From an uncultured Alphaproteobacteria bacterium (GTDB lineage: Bacteria > Pseudomonadota > Alphaproteobacteria > Geminicoccales > Geminicoccaceae): DNA of 64,000 nucleotides. The stretch spans positions 25 through 64,024 of the forward strand of contig CALKJU010000067.1 of NCBI GenBank assembly GCA_937995535.1, given 5' to 3'. The notes below the pieces were generated by a model. It was not told the origin of the DNA, did no database searches, and saw only the letters and a program-made list of their open reading frames with translations. The position numbers were made by a program, and so were the translations under genes. Shown piece by piece: positions 18,981 through 28,296 of the stretch (its first letter is position 1; the number at the start of each line of letters is the position of its first letter).

Positions 18981-20162
18981 ATGGTCGCGGAGAGCACTCA
19001 GGCCAAGGGCGGCAGGCGCCGGCTCCGCCTCGGCATGGTCGGCGGCGGGCAGGGGGCGTTCATCGGCGCCGTGCACCGCATCGCGGCGCGGCTGGACGAT
19101 CGCTACGAGCTGGTCGCCGGCTGCTTCGCGAGCACGCCCGAGCGCTCGCGCGCCTCGGCCGCCGAGCTGGGGATCGACCCGGCCCGGGCCTATGGCAGCT
19201 TCGCGGAGATGGCCGCGGCCGAAGCGACGCGGCCGGACGGTATCGAGGTGGTGAGCATCGTCACCCCCAACCATGTCCACTATCCGGCGGCCAAGGCGTT
19301 CCTCGAGGCCGGGATCCACGTCATCTGCGACAAGCCGCTGACCACCAGCCTCGCCGACGCGCAGGCTCTGGCGGAGCTCGTCGCCCGTTCCGGACGGGTG
19401 TTCGTGTTGACCCACAACTACACGGGCTACCCGATGGTACGGCAGGCGCGGGCCATGGTCGCGGCCGGCGAGCTCGGCCGAATCCGCGTCATCCAGGCCG
19501 AGTACGCGCAGGACTGGCTGACGACGCCGCTCGAGCGGACGGGTCAGAAGCAGGCCGACTGGCGCACCGATCCGGCCCGTTCCGGCCCGGCCGGCTGCAC
19601 CGGCGACATCGCCACGCACGCGATCAACCTGGCCTGCTTCATCGCCGGCACCGAGCTCGACGCGGTGTGCGCCGAGCTCAGCACCTTCGTCGACGGCCGC
19701 GTGCTCGACGACAACGCGCAGATGCTGCTGCGCTTCAAGGGCGGGGCGCGGGGCGGGCTGTGGGCCAGCCAGGTGGCGCCGGGCAACGAGAACGCCCTGC
19801 GGGTCCGCATCTACGGCGAGAAGGCCGGGCTTGCCTGGGTGCAGGAGGACCCGAACTACCTCACCTTCACCCCGCTCGGCGAGCCGCCGCGGCTGATCCG
19901 GCGCGCCGGCGCCGGGGCCGGGCCCGAGGCGGCCCGGGTGACCCGCATCCCGGCCGGTCATCCCGAGGGCTATCTGGAAGGCTTCGCGAACATCTACAGC
20001 GATGCGGCGGAGCAGATCCTGGCGGCGCTCGAGGGCCGGCAACCCGACCCTGCGGCCCTGTTGGCGCCGACCGTGCAGGACGGCGTCGCAGGCGTGCGCT
20101 TCATCGAGGCGGCGGTGGCGTCGAGCCGCGGCGGCGGCGTCTGGGTGAGCGCCTCCGGCTGA
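18981..20162 (+). CDS. Gfo/Idh/MocA-family NAD(P)-dependent oxidoreductase
   Basis: N-terminal Rossmann motif LRLGMVGGGQGAFIG, IVTPNHVHY, and EKPL-type CDKPLT. Confidence 0.85.
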   Translation: MVAESTQAKGGRRRLRLGMVGGGQGAFIGAVHRIAARLDDRYELVAGCFASTPERSRASAAELGIDPARAYGSFAEMAAAEATRPDGIEVVSIVTPNHVHYPAAKAFLEAGIHVICDKPLTTSLADAQALAELVARSGRVFVLTHNYTGYPMVRQARAMVAAGELGRIRVIQAEYAQDWLTTPLERTGQKQADWRTDPARSGPAGCTGDIATHAINLACFIAGTELDAVCAELSTFVDGRVLDDNAQMLLRFKGGARGGLWASQVAPGNENALRVRIYGEKAGLAWVQEDPNYLTFTPLGEPPRLIRRAGAGAGPEAARVTRIPAGHPEGYLEGFANIYSDAAEQILAALEGRQPDPAALLAPTVQDGVAGVRFIEAAVASSRGGGVWVSASG

Positions 20163-20869
20163 CGCCGCCGCCGCCCGCACGCGGCCGGGTCGCGATCGAG
20201 GTCTGCTGCGCCACGGCGGAAGGCGTCGCGGCGGCGGTGGCGGCCGGCGCCGACCGGGTCGAGCTGTGCCGCCGGCTCGATCTCGACGGCCTGACGCCGG
20301 AGCCCGCGCTCGTCGCGGCGGCGCTGCGGCGGCGGTTGCGCGTGCACGCGATCGTCCGGCCGCGCGCGGGCGATCACCGCGTCGATGCCGCCACGCTCGC
20401 GCGCATGGGCGACGAGGTGGCGCTGCTGCGACGCCTCGGTGCGCACGGCGTGGTCCTCGGCTGCCTCGGCGCGGCCGGCGGCGTCGACCGCGAGGCGACG
20501 GCATGCCTGGTCGACGCCGCGCGCCCGATGACGGTGACGTTCCATCGCGCCCTCGACCAATGCCGCGACCGTGCCGCCGCGCTCGAGACCCTGGTGGCGC
20601 TGGGCGTCGATCGCGTCTTGACCTCGGGTGGTCCGGGGCGCGTGGCCGACCCGGCGGGCCTCGCGCGCACGCTGGTGCTCGCGCGCGGCCGGATCGGCGT
20701 GATCGCGGCCGGCGGCATTCGCGCGGACAATGTCGCGGCGCTGGTCGTCGCGAGCGGGGTGACCGAGATCCATTTCTCGGAGCGGCTCCAGGTCGGGGCC
20801 CCTGAGGCTCTCCCGGCCGCGATGGCCGAGATCGTCAGGCGGGCGCGCGCGGCGGCGACAGGTCGATGA
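20159..20869 (+). CDS. cutC: copper homeostasis protein CutC family (start codon unresolved)
   Basis: IEVCCATAEGVAAAVAAGADRVELC..LDGLTPEP..VTFHRALD..DRVLTSGG are CutC hallmarks. There is no ATG/GTG/TTG in frame within about 40 codons upstream of the conserved N-terminus. The nearest candidates are CTG 20159 and ATC 20195. Confidence 0.6.
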   Translation: MTPPPPARGRVAIEVCCATAEGVAAAVAAGADRVELCRRLDLDGLTPEPALVAAALRRRLRVHAIVRPRAGDHRVDAATLARMGDEVALLRRLGAHGVVLGCLGAAGGVDREATACLVDAARPMTVTFHRALDQCRDRAAALETLVALGVDRVLTSGGPGRVADPAGLARTLVLARGRIGVIAAGGIRADNVAALVVASGVTEIHFSERLQVGAPEALPAAMAEIVRRARAAATGR

Positions 20870-21797
20870 TCAGCGGCCGGTGGTCCGAGCCGAGGTGCGG
20901 TCCGGTCCGGCGTATGGCCCCGGCCAGTTCCGGCGAGACCAGGGCGTGGTCGATCGGAATCCGCAGCGGCCAGGGCAGCGGGCTCGGATAGGTCCCGGTC
21001 AGCGTCGGCAACGGCCGGAGCCCGGTGTCGGCCGCCAGCGCGGTGACCAGCCGCCCCCAGCCGACCGCGTTGAGATCGCCGGTGAGGACGAAGGGGCCCG
21101 GCATGTCGGCGAGGCGCGTCGCGAGCCACTGCGCCTGGGCCAGCTGGTCGGCCAGGGTGCCGACCCCGATCGGGCGGATCAGATGCGTGCCGAGGATCGT
21201 CACCGCACCGCCCCCGACCTGCAGCCGTCCGCCGACCAAGGGCGTCCCGGTCGCCGGATCGCGCGTCGCGATCCCGTCGAGCAGGGGCTGCTTGGCCAGG
21301 ATCACGACGTCGCAACCGGGCAGATCGAGGCAGTCGAGGCGTTGCGGGTACTCGGCCTGCAGGATGTCGACGATCTCGCGCCAGGCGCCGAACACCTCGA
21401 CCAGCACCAGCGCGTCGGGGCGCTGCTCGGCGACGTAGCGCAGCAGCTCGGCCGGCCGCCGGTTGTCGATCCACACGTTGAACACCAGAAGGCGCAGACC
21501 GGGGCCCTGGGCGGCCTGGGCCGCGGTCGGTTGCGGCAGCACCCCGCCGGGATGGACGATGCCGAGCTGGATGACGAGGCACGCGGCTCCGGCCATGGCA
21601 TGGCGGAGCCGGCGGCGCAGCAGCGCTGCGACGACCACCGCGGCCGTGGCCAGCATACCCTGCAGCAGGAACTGCGCGGCGAGATCGAGCAGCGCGAGGT
21701 GGCGGCCACCCCATGGCAGCAGGGTGAGCAACAGCGCACCGCCCAGCGCGGCATCGAGGGCCGTCGGCCGCCGAGGGCGCGGTGTGTGAATCGTCAT
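20835..21797 (-). CDS. endonuclease/exonuclease/phosphatase (EEP) family membrane-anchored protein
   Basis: Three N-terminal hydrophobic helices, then LRLLVFNVW, VLVEV, LTGDLNA and GSDHRPLIIDL (EEP catalytic motifs). Confidence 0.8.
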   Translation of the reverse strand: MTIHTPRPRRPTALDAALGGALLLTLLPWGGRHLALLDLAAQFLLQGMLATAAVVVAALLRRRLRHAMAGAACLVIQLGIVHPGGVLPQPTAAQAAQGPGLRLLVFNVWIDNRRPAELLRYVAEQRPDALVLVEVFGAWREIVDILQAEYPQRLDCLDLPGCDVVILAKQPLLDGIATRDPATGTPLVGGRLQVGGGAVTILGTHLIRPIGVGTLADQLAQAQWLATRLADMPGPFVLTGDLNAVGWGRLVTALAADTGLRPLPTLTGTYPSPLPWPLRIPIDHALVSPELAGAIRRTGPHLGSDHRPLIIDLSPPRAPA

Positions 21798-21904
21798 GGC
21801 CAGCAGCCAAGCACAGGCATGGTATACAGGGAGTTTACCGCGCTAGGCAGCCCCTTGGGCGCTGCTAGAGTGCGCCGCGGGCGAGCGGAACTCGGGGAGG
21901 CGCC

Positions 21905-23080
21905 ATGGGCAAGCCCTTGCGCATCGGCATGATCGGCTACGGCTTCATGGGCAAGGCCCACTCGAACGCGTGGCGGAAGGTGGCGCACTTCTTCCCGGAG
22001 CTGGCGCATCGCCCGGTCCTTCAGGTGCTCTGCGCCAGGGACGCGGTGAAGGCACGCGCCTTCGCCGAGGTCTGGGGCTATCCCGAGGTCGAGACCGACT
22101 GGCGCCGGCTGGTCACGCGCGAGGATGTCGACGCAGTCGACATCTGCGTGCCGAATCACCTGCACAAGGAGATCGCGCTCGCCGCCGCCGCCGCCGGCAA
22201 GATGATCCTCTGCGAGAAGCCGCTGGCACTCGACGTGGCGGAGGGCGAGGCGATGGTCGCCGCGGCCGAGCGCGCCGGCGTGCCGACCATGGTCTGGTAC
22301 AATTACCGGCGCGTCCCGGCGGTCACCCTTGCGCGACAGCTGATCGACGAGGGGCGGATCGGCCGGCCGTTCCACTACCGCGCCCAGTTCCTGCAGGACT
22401 GGACGATGGCCGAGGACGTGCCCCAAGGCGGTGCCGCCCTCTGGCGGCTCGATGTGAAGAGCGCCGGCTCCGGCGTCACCGGCGACCTGCTCGCCCATTG
22501 TATCGACAGCGCGATGTGGCTGAACGGCCCGATCACCCGGGTCTGCGCGGACACGGAGACGTTCATCACGCAGCGCCTGCACCAGGAGACCGGCCGGGTC
22601 GAGCCGGTCGGCATCGACGACGCGTGCATCTTCATGTGCCGCTTCGCCAACGGCTCGATGGGAACCTTCGAGAGCACCCGCTACGCGCGCGGCCACAAGG
22701 CGCTCAAGACGCTCGAGCTGAACGGCTCGGACGGCTCGCTGCGGTTCAATCTCCACGAGCCGGAATATCTAGACTTCTTCGAATACAAGGCGCGCGAGAC
22801 AGGCCAGAAGACGCCCAGCCACACCACCGGCTGGCGGCGCATCCACGTGACCAATGGCGAGCACCCGTACATGGCCCATTGGTGGGTGCCGGGGCTGGTG
22901 ATCGGCTACGAGCACAGCTTCGTGCATGCGGTGGCCGACTTCCTGAAGGGTCTCGAGAGCGGCGTGCCGGCGCAGCCGGACTTCAAGGACGCGCTGCGCA
23001 CGCAGAAGGTGTGCGAGGCGGTGCTGCACTCGGCGCAGAGCGGCGGCTGGATCGAGACCGGCCTCGCCGGACCGGCGTGA
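21905..23080 (+). CDS. Gfo/Idh/MocA-family oxidoreductase
   Basis: [36 protein letters not shown] lies upstream of ATG 21905. Confidence 0.85.
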   Translation: MGKPLRIGMIGYGFMGKAHSNAWRKVAHFFPELAHRPVLQVLCARDAVKARAFAEVWGYPEVETDWRRLVTREDVDAVDICVPNHLHKEIALAAAAAGKMILCEKPLALDVAEGEAMVAAAERAGVPTMVWYNYRRVPAVTLARQLIDEGRIGRPFHYRAQFLQDWTMAEDVPQGGAALWRLDVKSAGSGVTGDLLAHCIDSAMWLNGPITRVCADTETFITQRLHQETGRVEPVGIDDACIFMCRFANGSMGTFESTRYARGHKALKTLELNGSDGSLRFNLHEPEYLDFFEYKARETGQKTPSHTTGWRRIHVTNGEHPYMAHWWVPGLVIGYEHSFVHAVADFLKGLESGVPAQPDFKDALRTQKVCEAVLHSAQSGGWIETGLAGPA

Positions 23081-23700
23081 TGACTAGGCTGCGCATCTAT
23101 GGCGTGCCGCGCTCGCGCGCCTTCCGGACCCTGTGGATGGCGGAAGAGCTTGGGCTCCCGTTCGAGCTCGTACCGATCCATCAGCGCGACGCGGCCGGCG
23201 ATGCCGCGCTGCGCCGGGTGAACCCAAATGGCCGCATCCCGGCCATCGAGGACGGCGACGTCACGCTCTGGGAATCGATGGCCATCAACCTGTACCTCGC
23301 GCGCAAGCATGGCGGGCCGCTGGCCGCGGCCGATCTCGTCGAGGACGGGCGGATCCTGCAATGGTCGTTCTGGGCCGCCACGGAGTGCGAGGCGCCGGCG
23401 CTCCGCCTGCTGCGGCATCGCTTCCTGCTGCCGGAGGCGGACCGCCGCGAGGAGGAGGCGACGGCAGGTCTGCGCGCGCTCGCCCGTCCGCTCGAAGTGC
23501 TCGAAGGAGAGCTGGCGACCCGCGAGCATCTGGTCGGCGGCCGCTTCACCGTCGCCGATCTCAACGTCGCCTCGATCCTCGTCTGGCTGAGGACGGCGAA
23601 GGCCGATCTGCGCCCGTGGCCGGCCGTCGGCGGCTGGCTCGGGCGCTGCCTGCGGCGACCGGCGGCGCGGCGGGCGATCGCGTTGCAGGCGGCCGGGTGA
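23080..23700 (+). CDS. glutathione S-transferase
   Basis: Thioredoxin-like N-domain (RIYGVPRSRAFRTLWMAEELGLPFE..NPNGRIPAIEDGDVTLWESMAINLYL) and helical C-domain. The ATG overlaps the upstream TGA (GTGATGA). Confidence 0.85.
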   Translation: MTRLRIYGVPRSRAFRTLWMAEELGLPFELVPIHQRDAAGDAALRRVNPNGRIPAIEDGDVTLWESMAINLYLARKHGGPLAAADLVEDGRILQWSFWAATECEAPALRLLRHRFLLPEADRREEEATAGLRALARPLEVLEGELATREHLVGGRFTVADLNVASILVWLRTAKADLRPWPAVGGWLGRCLRRPAARRAIALQAAG

Positions 23701-23707
23701 TCCGGTC

Positions 23708-24778
23708 TCAGGCGCCGACGACGCGGGTGTGCACGCGGCCGGTCACACCGCAGAGCAGCTCGTAGGCGATCGTGCCGGCGGCGGCGGCGATGCGCTCGGC
23801 CGGCAGCCCGTCGCCCCACAGGATCACCGGATCGCCGAGCTTCGCCTCTGGCCGGTCGGTGAGGTCGACCGTGATCATGTCCATCGAGACGCGGCCGATC
23901 AGCGGCACCTCATGACCGTCGACCAGCACCGGCGTGCCGCTCGGTGCGTGGCGCGGATAGCCGTCGCCATAGCCGATGGCGGCGGTGCCGACGCGGGTCG
24001 GCCGCGGCGCCGTCCACGCTCCCGCATAGCCCACCGCCTCGCCGGCCGGGATGTCGCGCAGCGCGATCAGCCGGGTGGCGAGCGTCATCACCGGGCGCAG
24101 CCCGTGCGCCGCGCCGCTCGTCCCGGGCAGCGGCGACACGCCGTAGAGCATGATGCCCGGGCGAACCCAATCGGCATGTGCCTGCGGCCAGGCCAGCACC
24201 CCGGCGGAGTTGGCGAGCGACCGCTCGCCCGGCAGATCGAGCGCGGCGAAGCATGCGAGCTGTGCCTCGGTCGATTGCGGATCGGGCAGGTCGGCGCTGG
24301 CGAAGTGTGTCATCAGGCGGACGCCGGCGACGCTCCGGCAGGCGCTCAGCCGGGCGTGCAGCGCGCGCGCCTCGGGCGGCGCGACACCCAGCCGGTGCAT
24401 GCCGGTGTCGATCTTGAGCCAGACGACGAGCGGCCGAGGCAGGCGGGCGACCTCCAGCATCCGCACCTGCTCGGCGTGATGCACCGCGATCTCGAGGCCC
24501 TCGGCGGCGCAGGTCGCGAGCTCGGCCGGCTCGAAGGTCCCCTCCATGAGCAGGATCGGTTGTTGGGCACCCGCGTCGCGCAGCGCCAGCGCCTCCTCGA
24601 GGCAGGCCACGCCCAGCATCTCGGCCGCCGCCATGGCCGGCACGAGCCGCGCCGCTCCGTGGCCGTAGCCGTTCGCCTTGACCACGGCGACGATCCGGCT
24701 GCGCGGCGCGAGCGCCCGCACCCGCGCCAGGTTGTGCCGGAACGCGTCGAGATCGATGGTGGCACTGGCGGGCCGCAT
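23708..24778 (-). CDS. alr: alanine racemase
   Basis: Contains VVKANGYGHG (PLP-lysine motif) and the C-terminal G.VSMDMITVDLT pattern; 356 aa. Confidence 0.9.
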   Translation of the reverse strand: MRPASATIDLDAFRHNLARVRALAPRSRIVAVVKANGYGHGAARLVPAMAAAEMLGVACLEEALALRDAGAQQPILLMEGTFEPAELATCAAEGLEIAVHHAEQVRMLEVARLPRPLVVWLKIDTGMHRLGVAPPEARALHARLSACRSVAGVRLMTHFASADLPDPQSTEAQLACFAALDLPGERSLANSAGVLAWPQAHADWVRPGIMLYGVSPLPGTSGAAHGLRPVMTLATRLIALRDIPAGEAVGYAGAWTAPRPTRVGTAAIGYGDGYPRHAPSGTPVLVDGHEVPLIGRVSMDMITVDLTDRPEAKLGDPVILWGDGLPAERIAAAAGTIAYELLCGVTGRVHTRVVGA

Positions 24779-24861
24779 CTCAGTCGCGCGGAGACACCGG
24801 GCGACCGGCGGCGCGGGCGATGGGCACGGGTCCAGGTCTCCGCGGCGGGTTCTTTCCCAGC

Positions 24862-25518
24862 CTAGCAGAGGTCCGGCGGCGGTTCCTCCCCTAGGGCCGG
24901 CGGCAGCTCGACCGTGATCATGGTGCCACCATCCCGTGTCACGGTCAGCACCGCACCGATCTGCTGCGCCAGTCCGCGCAGCAGTAGCGCCCCGCAGTGC
25001 CCCTGCGCAGGGAAGTCGAGTCCCGCTGGCAGGCCGACGCCGTCGTCGGCGACACGCAGGCGTGGCGCGCCTTTTGCGCCGCGGTCGAGCGTCAGCAGGA
25101 TGCGCCCGGACCGACCGCTGGGAAACGCATGCTGCACGGCGTTAGCCAACGCCTCGTGCGCGAGCAGCAGGAGCGGCAGAACGTGGCGCTCGGCGACCGC
25201 CACCGGCGAGAGGTCCGTGATCAGGCGAACCTGCTCATCCGCTGGCGTCAGGCGGTCCGCCAAGGCGGCGAGGTCCGGGGCCGGATCGTGCACGGCATCG
25301 GGCGCCAGGGCATGGAGCCGATGATGCGCCACCATCACGGTCTCCACCTCGTCGACGACGCGCGCGAGCGCGGCCGCGGCCTGCGGCATCGTCGCCAGCC
25401 GCGAGCGCAGCCGCAGCAGACTCATGACCACCTGCAGGGTCGCTTCGCCGCGCCGCTCGGGCGGTGCCTCCACGACGGGCAGCAGGTGGTCGGCGGCTGG
25501 CTGCTGCGGGACGGGCAT
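24862..25518 (-). CDS. stand-alone HisKA_2/HWE-like histidine-kinase core lacking the phospho-acceptor histidine and any sensor domain
   Basis: HATPase_c boxes are present: N box LLLAHEALANAVQHAF, G1 VADDGVGLP, G2 GHCGALLLRGL. The DHp helix reads ERRGEATLQVVMSLLRLRSR where HisKA_2 kinases have E..HRvKN.LQvv.SLL. ATG 25518 follows AAGGAGGAG; the ORF is open to 25599. Confidence 0.65.
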   Translation of the reverse strand: MPVPQQPAADHLLPVVEAPPERRGEATLQVVMSLLRLRSRLATMPQAAAALARVVDEVETVMVAHHRLHALAPDAVHDPAPDLAALADRLTPADEQVRLITDLSPVAVAERHVLPLLLLAHEALANAVQHAFPSGRSGRILLTLDRGAKGAPRLRVADDGVGLPAGLDFPAQGHCGALLLRGLAQQIGAVLTVTRDGGTMITVELPPALGEEPPPDLC

Positions 25519-25686
25519 CGCTCTCCTCCTTCGAGCGCGGTGGGCGCGCGCCATAGCGACGTGGGCCGGCCCGGGCGCAGGCTTGCGGATCGCGGTCATC
25601 GCGTGTTTCCCTTCGCGCGTGAGCCCGCACCGCGGGCGCCGGCGCCTTTGTCCGCGCGCTGACCGGGATCGGCATTAACAAAAGAC

Positions 25687-26472
25687 ATGTCCGAGAGCGA
25701 AAATACGCCATCGCGCGGCACCGGAACGGTCCCGACCCGGGCCCTGCCGGTACCCTGCGCGCGCTGTCCGCTCCGCCGGCTGCCCGCGTTCCGCGCGTTC
25801 ACCGAGGCCGAGCTCGCCTTCGTCCAGGGCTTCAAGGCGGGCGAGCTGACCGTCACCGCAGGAAGCGACGTGCTGCTCGCCGGGCACAACAACGCCCAGG
25901 TGTTCACGCTGCTGCGCGGCTGGGCGTTCCGCTACATCCTCCTGCCTGACGGTGGCCGGCAGATCCTCAACTTCGTCCTGCCCGGGGACTTCCTCGGCCT
26001 GCAGACCTCGGTGTTCGACGTCATGGAGCACTCCGTCGAAGTGCTCACCGACGCGCAGCTCTGCGTCTTCCCGCGTAAGGAGCTGTGGAGCCTCTACCGC
26101 GACCAGCCGGGACTGGCGTTCGACGTGACCTGGCTCGCCGCACACGAAGAAGCCCTGGTCGACGACAACCTTGCCAGTGTCGGGCGGCGCAACGCGCTGG
26201 GCCGGATCGCCTTCCTCCTGCTGCATCTGTTCCGGCGCCTGGAGGGCCTGGCGCAGGTCGCTGGCGACACCTGCGACTTCCCGCTGACCCAGCAGCACAT
26301 CGCCGACGCGACCGGGCTGTCGCTGGTCCACACCAACAAGACCCTGCGCCGGCTGGTGCGCGGCAAGCTCGTCGAGCTGGGCGGCGGGCGGCTCCGCCTG
26401 CTGCGCCGCGATGGGCTGGAGCAGCTTGCCGGCGATCCCGGCCGCGAGCCACGCCCGCGGCCGTTCATCTGA
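25687..26472 (+). CDS. Crp/Fnr-family transcriptional regulator
   Basis: cNMP-binding beta-barrel (FTLLRGWAFRYILLPDGGRQILNFVLPGDFLG) and C-terminal HTH (LTQQHIADATGLSLVHTNKTLRRL). N-terminal CxxC (PCARCPLR). Confidence 0.85.
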   Translation: MSESENTPSRGTGTVPTRALPVPCARCPLRRLPAFRAFTEAELAFVQGFKAGELTVTAGSDVLLAGHNNAQVFTLLRGWAFRYILLPDGGRQILNFVLPGDFLGLQTSVFDVMEHSVEVLTDAQLCVFPRKELWSLYRDQPGLAFDVTWLAAHEEALVDDNLASVGRRNALGRIAFLLLHLFRRLEGLAQVAGDTCDFPLTQQHIADATGLSLVHTNKTLRRLVRGKLVELGGGRLRLLRRDGLEQLAGDPGREPRPRPFI

Positions 26473-26522
26473 GCGCGGGGCCTTGGTCCGACCGGCGCGG
26501 TCGTGTAACCCTGCGTCGAGAC

Positions 26523-27128
26523 ATGTTCGGGGAGGCGCCCGTGGCGGGTAAGAAGATCCTCATGCTGACCGGCGAGTTCAGCGAGGAGTACGAGATCTTC
26601 GTCTTCGAGCAGGCGATGCACGCGGTCGGGCACACCGTGCACGTCGTCTGCCCGGACAAGAAGGCCGGGCAGCAGATCAAGACCTCGCTGCACGACTTCG
26701 AGGGCGACCAGACCTACACCGAGAAGCTCGGGCACCTGTACACGCTGAACAAGACCTTCGCCGAGGTCGAGCCGAGCGCGTACGATGCGGTCTACGTCGC
26801 CGGCGGGCGCGGGCCCGAGTACATTCGCATCGATCCGCGCGTGCAGCGGATCGTCCGCCACTTCCACGAGGCCGACAAGCCGATCTTCACGATCTGCCAC
26901 GGCGCCCAGGTGCTGATGGCGGTGGACGGGGTGCTCAAGGGCAGGCGCTGTGCGGCGCTGCACTATTGCGAGCCGGAGGTGCGCCTCGCCGGCGGCATCT
27001 ATGTCGACGTCGAGCCGACCGAGGCCTGCGTCGACGGCAAGCTCGTCTCGGCCAAGGGCTGGCCCGGTCTGGCCGCGTTCATGCGCGAGTGCTTGAAGGT
27101 GTTGGGCACCGAGATCCGGCACGGTTGA
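26523..27128 (+). CDS. DJ-1/PfpI-family protein
   Basis: KKILMLTGEFSEEYE and nucleophile elbow FTICHGAQVL. Start is ATG 26523, or GTG 26541 preceded by GGGGAGG. Confidence 0.8.
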   Translation: MFGEAPVAGKKILMLTGEFSEEYEIFVFEQAMHAVGHTVHVVCPDKKAGQQIKTSLHDFEGDQTYTEKLGHLYTLNKTFAEVEPSAYDAVYVAGGRGPEYIRIDPRVQRIVRHFHEADKPIFTICHGAQVLMAVDGVLKGRRCAALHYCEPEVRLAGGIYVDVEPTEACVDGKLVSAKGWPGLAAFMRECLKVLGTEIRHG

Positions 27129-27139
27129 GGGCCGGGGCG

Positions 27140-28231
27140 GTGAGCGATCTGCGCGTCTCCGGGCTCGTCAAGCGCTACGGCAAGGTCACGGCGCTCGACG
27201 GCCTCAGCTTCGAGGTGGCGGCGGGCGAGTTCTTCTGCCTGCTGGGACCGTCGGCGGCCGGCAAGACGACGGCACTGCGGGCGATCTCGGGGCTCGAGCG
27301 GTTGCAGGCCGGTGCGATCCGGTTCGGTGGGCGGGACATCACCGAGGCTCCCGTCCAGGGCCGCGGCATCGCCATGATCTTCCAGACCTTCGCCCTCTAC
27401 CCGCATCTCACGGTGCGGGAGAACCTCGCCTACCCGCTGCGCGAGGCGGGGGTCGAGGCGGGTGAGATCGCGCGCCGGGTGGGCGAGGTCGCGGAGAAGC
27501 TGCGCATCGGCCACACCCTCGAGCGCAAGCCGACCACGGCCTCGGGCGGCGAGCAGCAGCGGATCGCGATCGGCCGCGCGCTGGTCCGCCGGCCGCAGCT
27601 CCTGCTGCTCGACGAGCCCCTGACCAACCTCGACGCCAAGCTGCGCCACGACACCCGCGCCGAGTTCAAGCGGCTGCATCGCGAGCTCGGCATGACCATG
27701 CTCTACGCCACCCCGGACGAGCTCGAGGCGCTGAGCATGGGTCAGCGGATCGGCGTGCTACGGGCCGGACGGATGGTCCAGGTCGGCACCCCCGACGAAC
27801 TGTTCGAGCGCCCGGACGACAGCTTCGTCGCCGCCCAGGTCGGCTCGCCGAAGATGAACCTGATCGAGGGCCGGAGCGTTCGCGACGGGCGACGCATCGC
27901 GCTGCCCTTCGGCGAGCTCGAAGGAGGACCGTGGGCCGCGGCACTCGCCGCCTTCCCGGCCGGGACGGGGATCCTCTTCGGCGTCCGGCCGAGCGACATC
28001 GTGCCGGCCGAGGGCGAGCCGCGCGGGCCGCGGCTCGCGAGCGAGGTCCACCTGACCGAGCCCCTGGGCGACGTCACCGTGCTCGACCTCGTCGCCAACG
28101 GCGTGCCGCTGCGCATGGTCCTGCCCGAGGAACGCGCGGTCCGGTACCGCGAGGGCGACCATCTGCAGGTCGAGCTGCGGCTCGAGAACAGTCACCTGTT
28201 CGCGCTCGACACCGGCACGGCGATCAGGTAA
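27140..28231 (+). CDS. ABC transporter ATP-binding protein (MalK/UgpC-like, with C-terminal TOBE-type domain)
   Basis: Walker A GPSAAGKTT, signature SGGEQQRIAIGRAL, Walker B LLLDEPL. GTG start at 27140. Confidence 0.9.
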   Translation: MSDLRVSGLVKRYGKVTALDGLSFEVAAGEFFCLLGPSAAGKTTALRAISGLERLQAGAIRFGGRDITEAPVQGRGIAMIFQTFALYPHLTVRENLAYPLREAGVEAGEIARRVGEVAEKLRIGHTLERKPTTASGGEQQRIAIGRALVRRPQLLLLDEPLTNLDAKLRHDTRAEFKRLHRELGMTMLYATPDELEALSMGQRIGVLRAGRMVQVGTPDELFERPDDSFVAAQVGSPKMNLIEGRSVRDGRRIALPFGELEGGPWAAALAAFPAGTGILFGVRPSDIVPAEGEPRGPRLASEVHLTEPLGDVTVLDLVANGVPLRMVLPEERAVRYREGDHLQVELRLENSHLFALDTGTAIR

Positions 28232-28296
28232 CCCCGAGGGCAAGCCGGGGCGGTCCGCCGTTGAGACCAACCGGTGACGAACAGTGGAGGCAGGCA

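Noticed and set aside
20100-20200. Programmed -1 frameshift fusing the Gfo/Idh/MocA oxidoreductase to CutC.
   Set aside because: There is no slippery heptamer or downstream structure at the junction (..GCC TCC GGC TGA..). The two families are not known as fusions.
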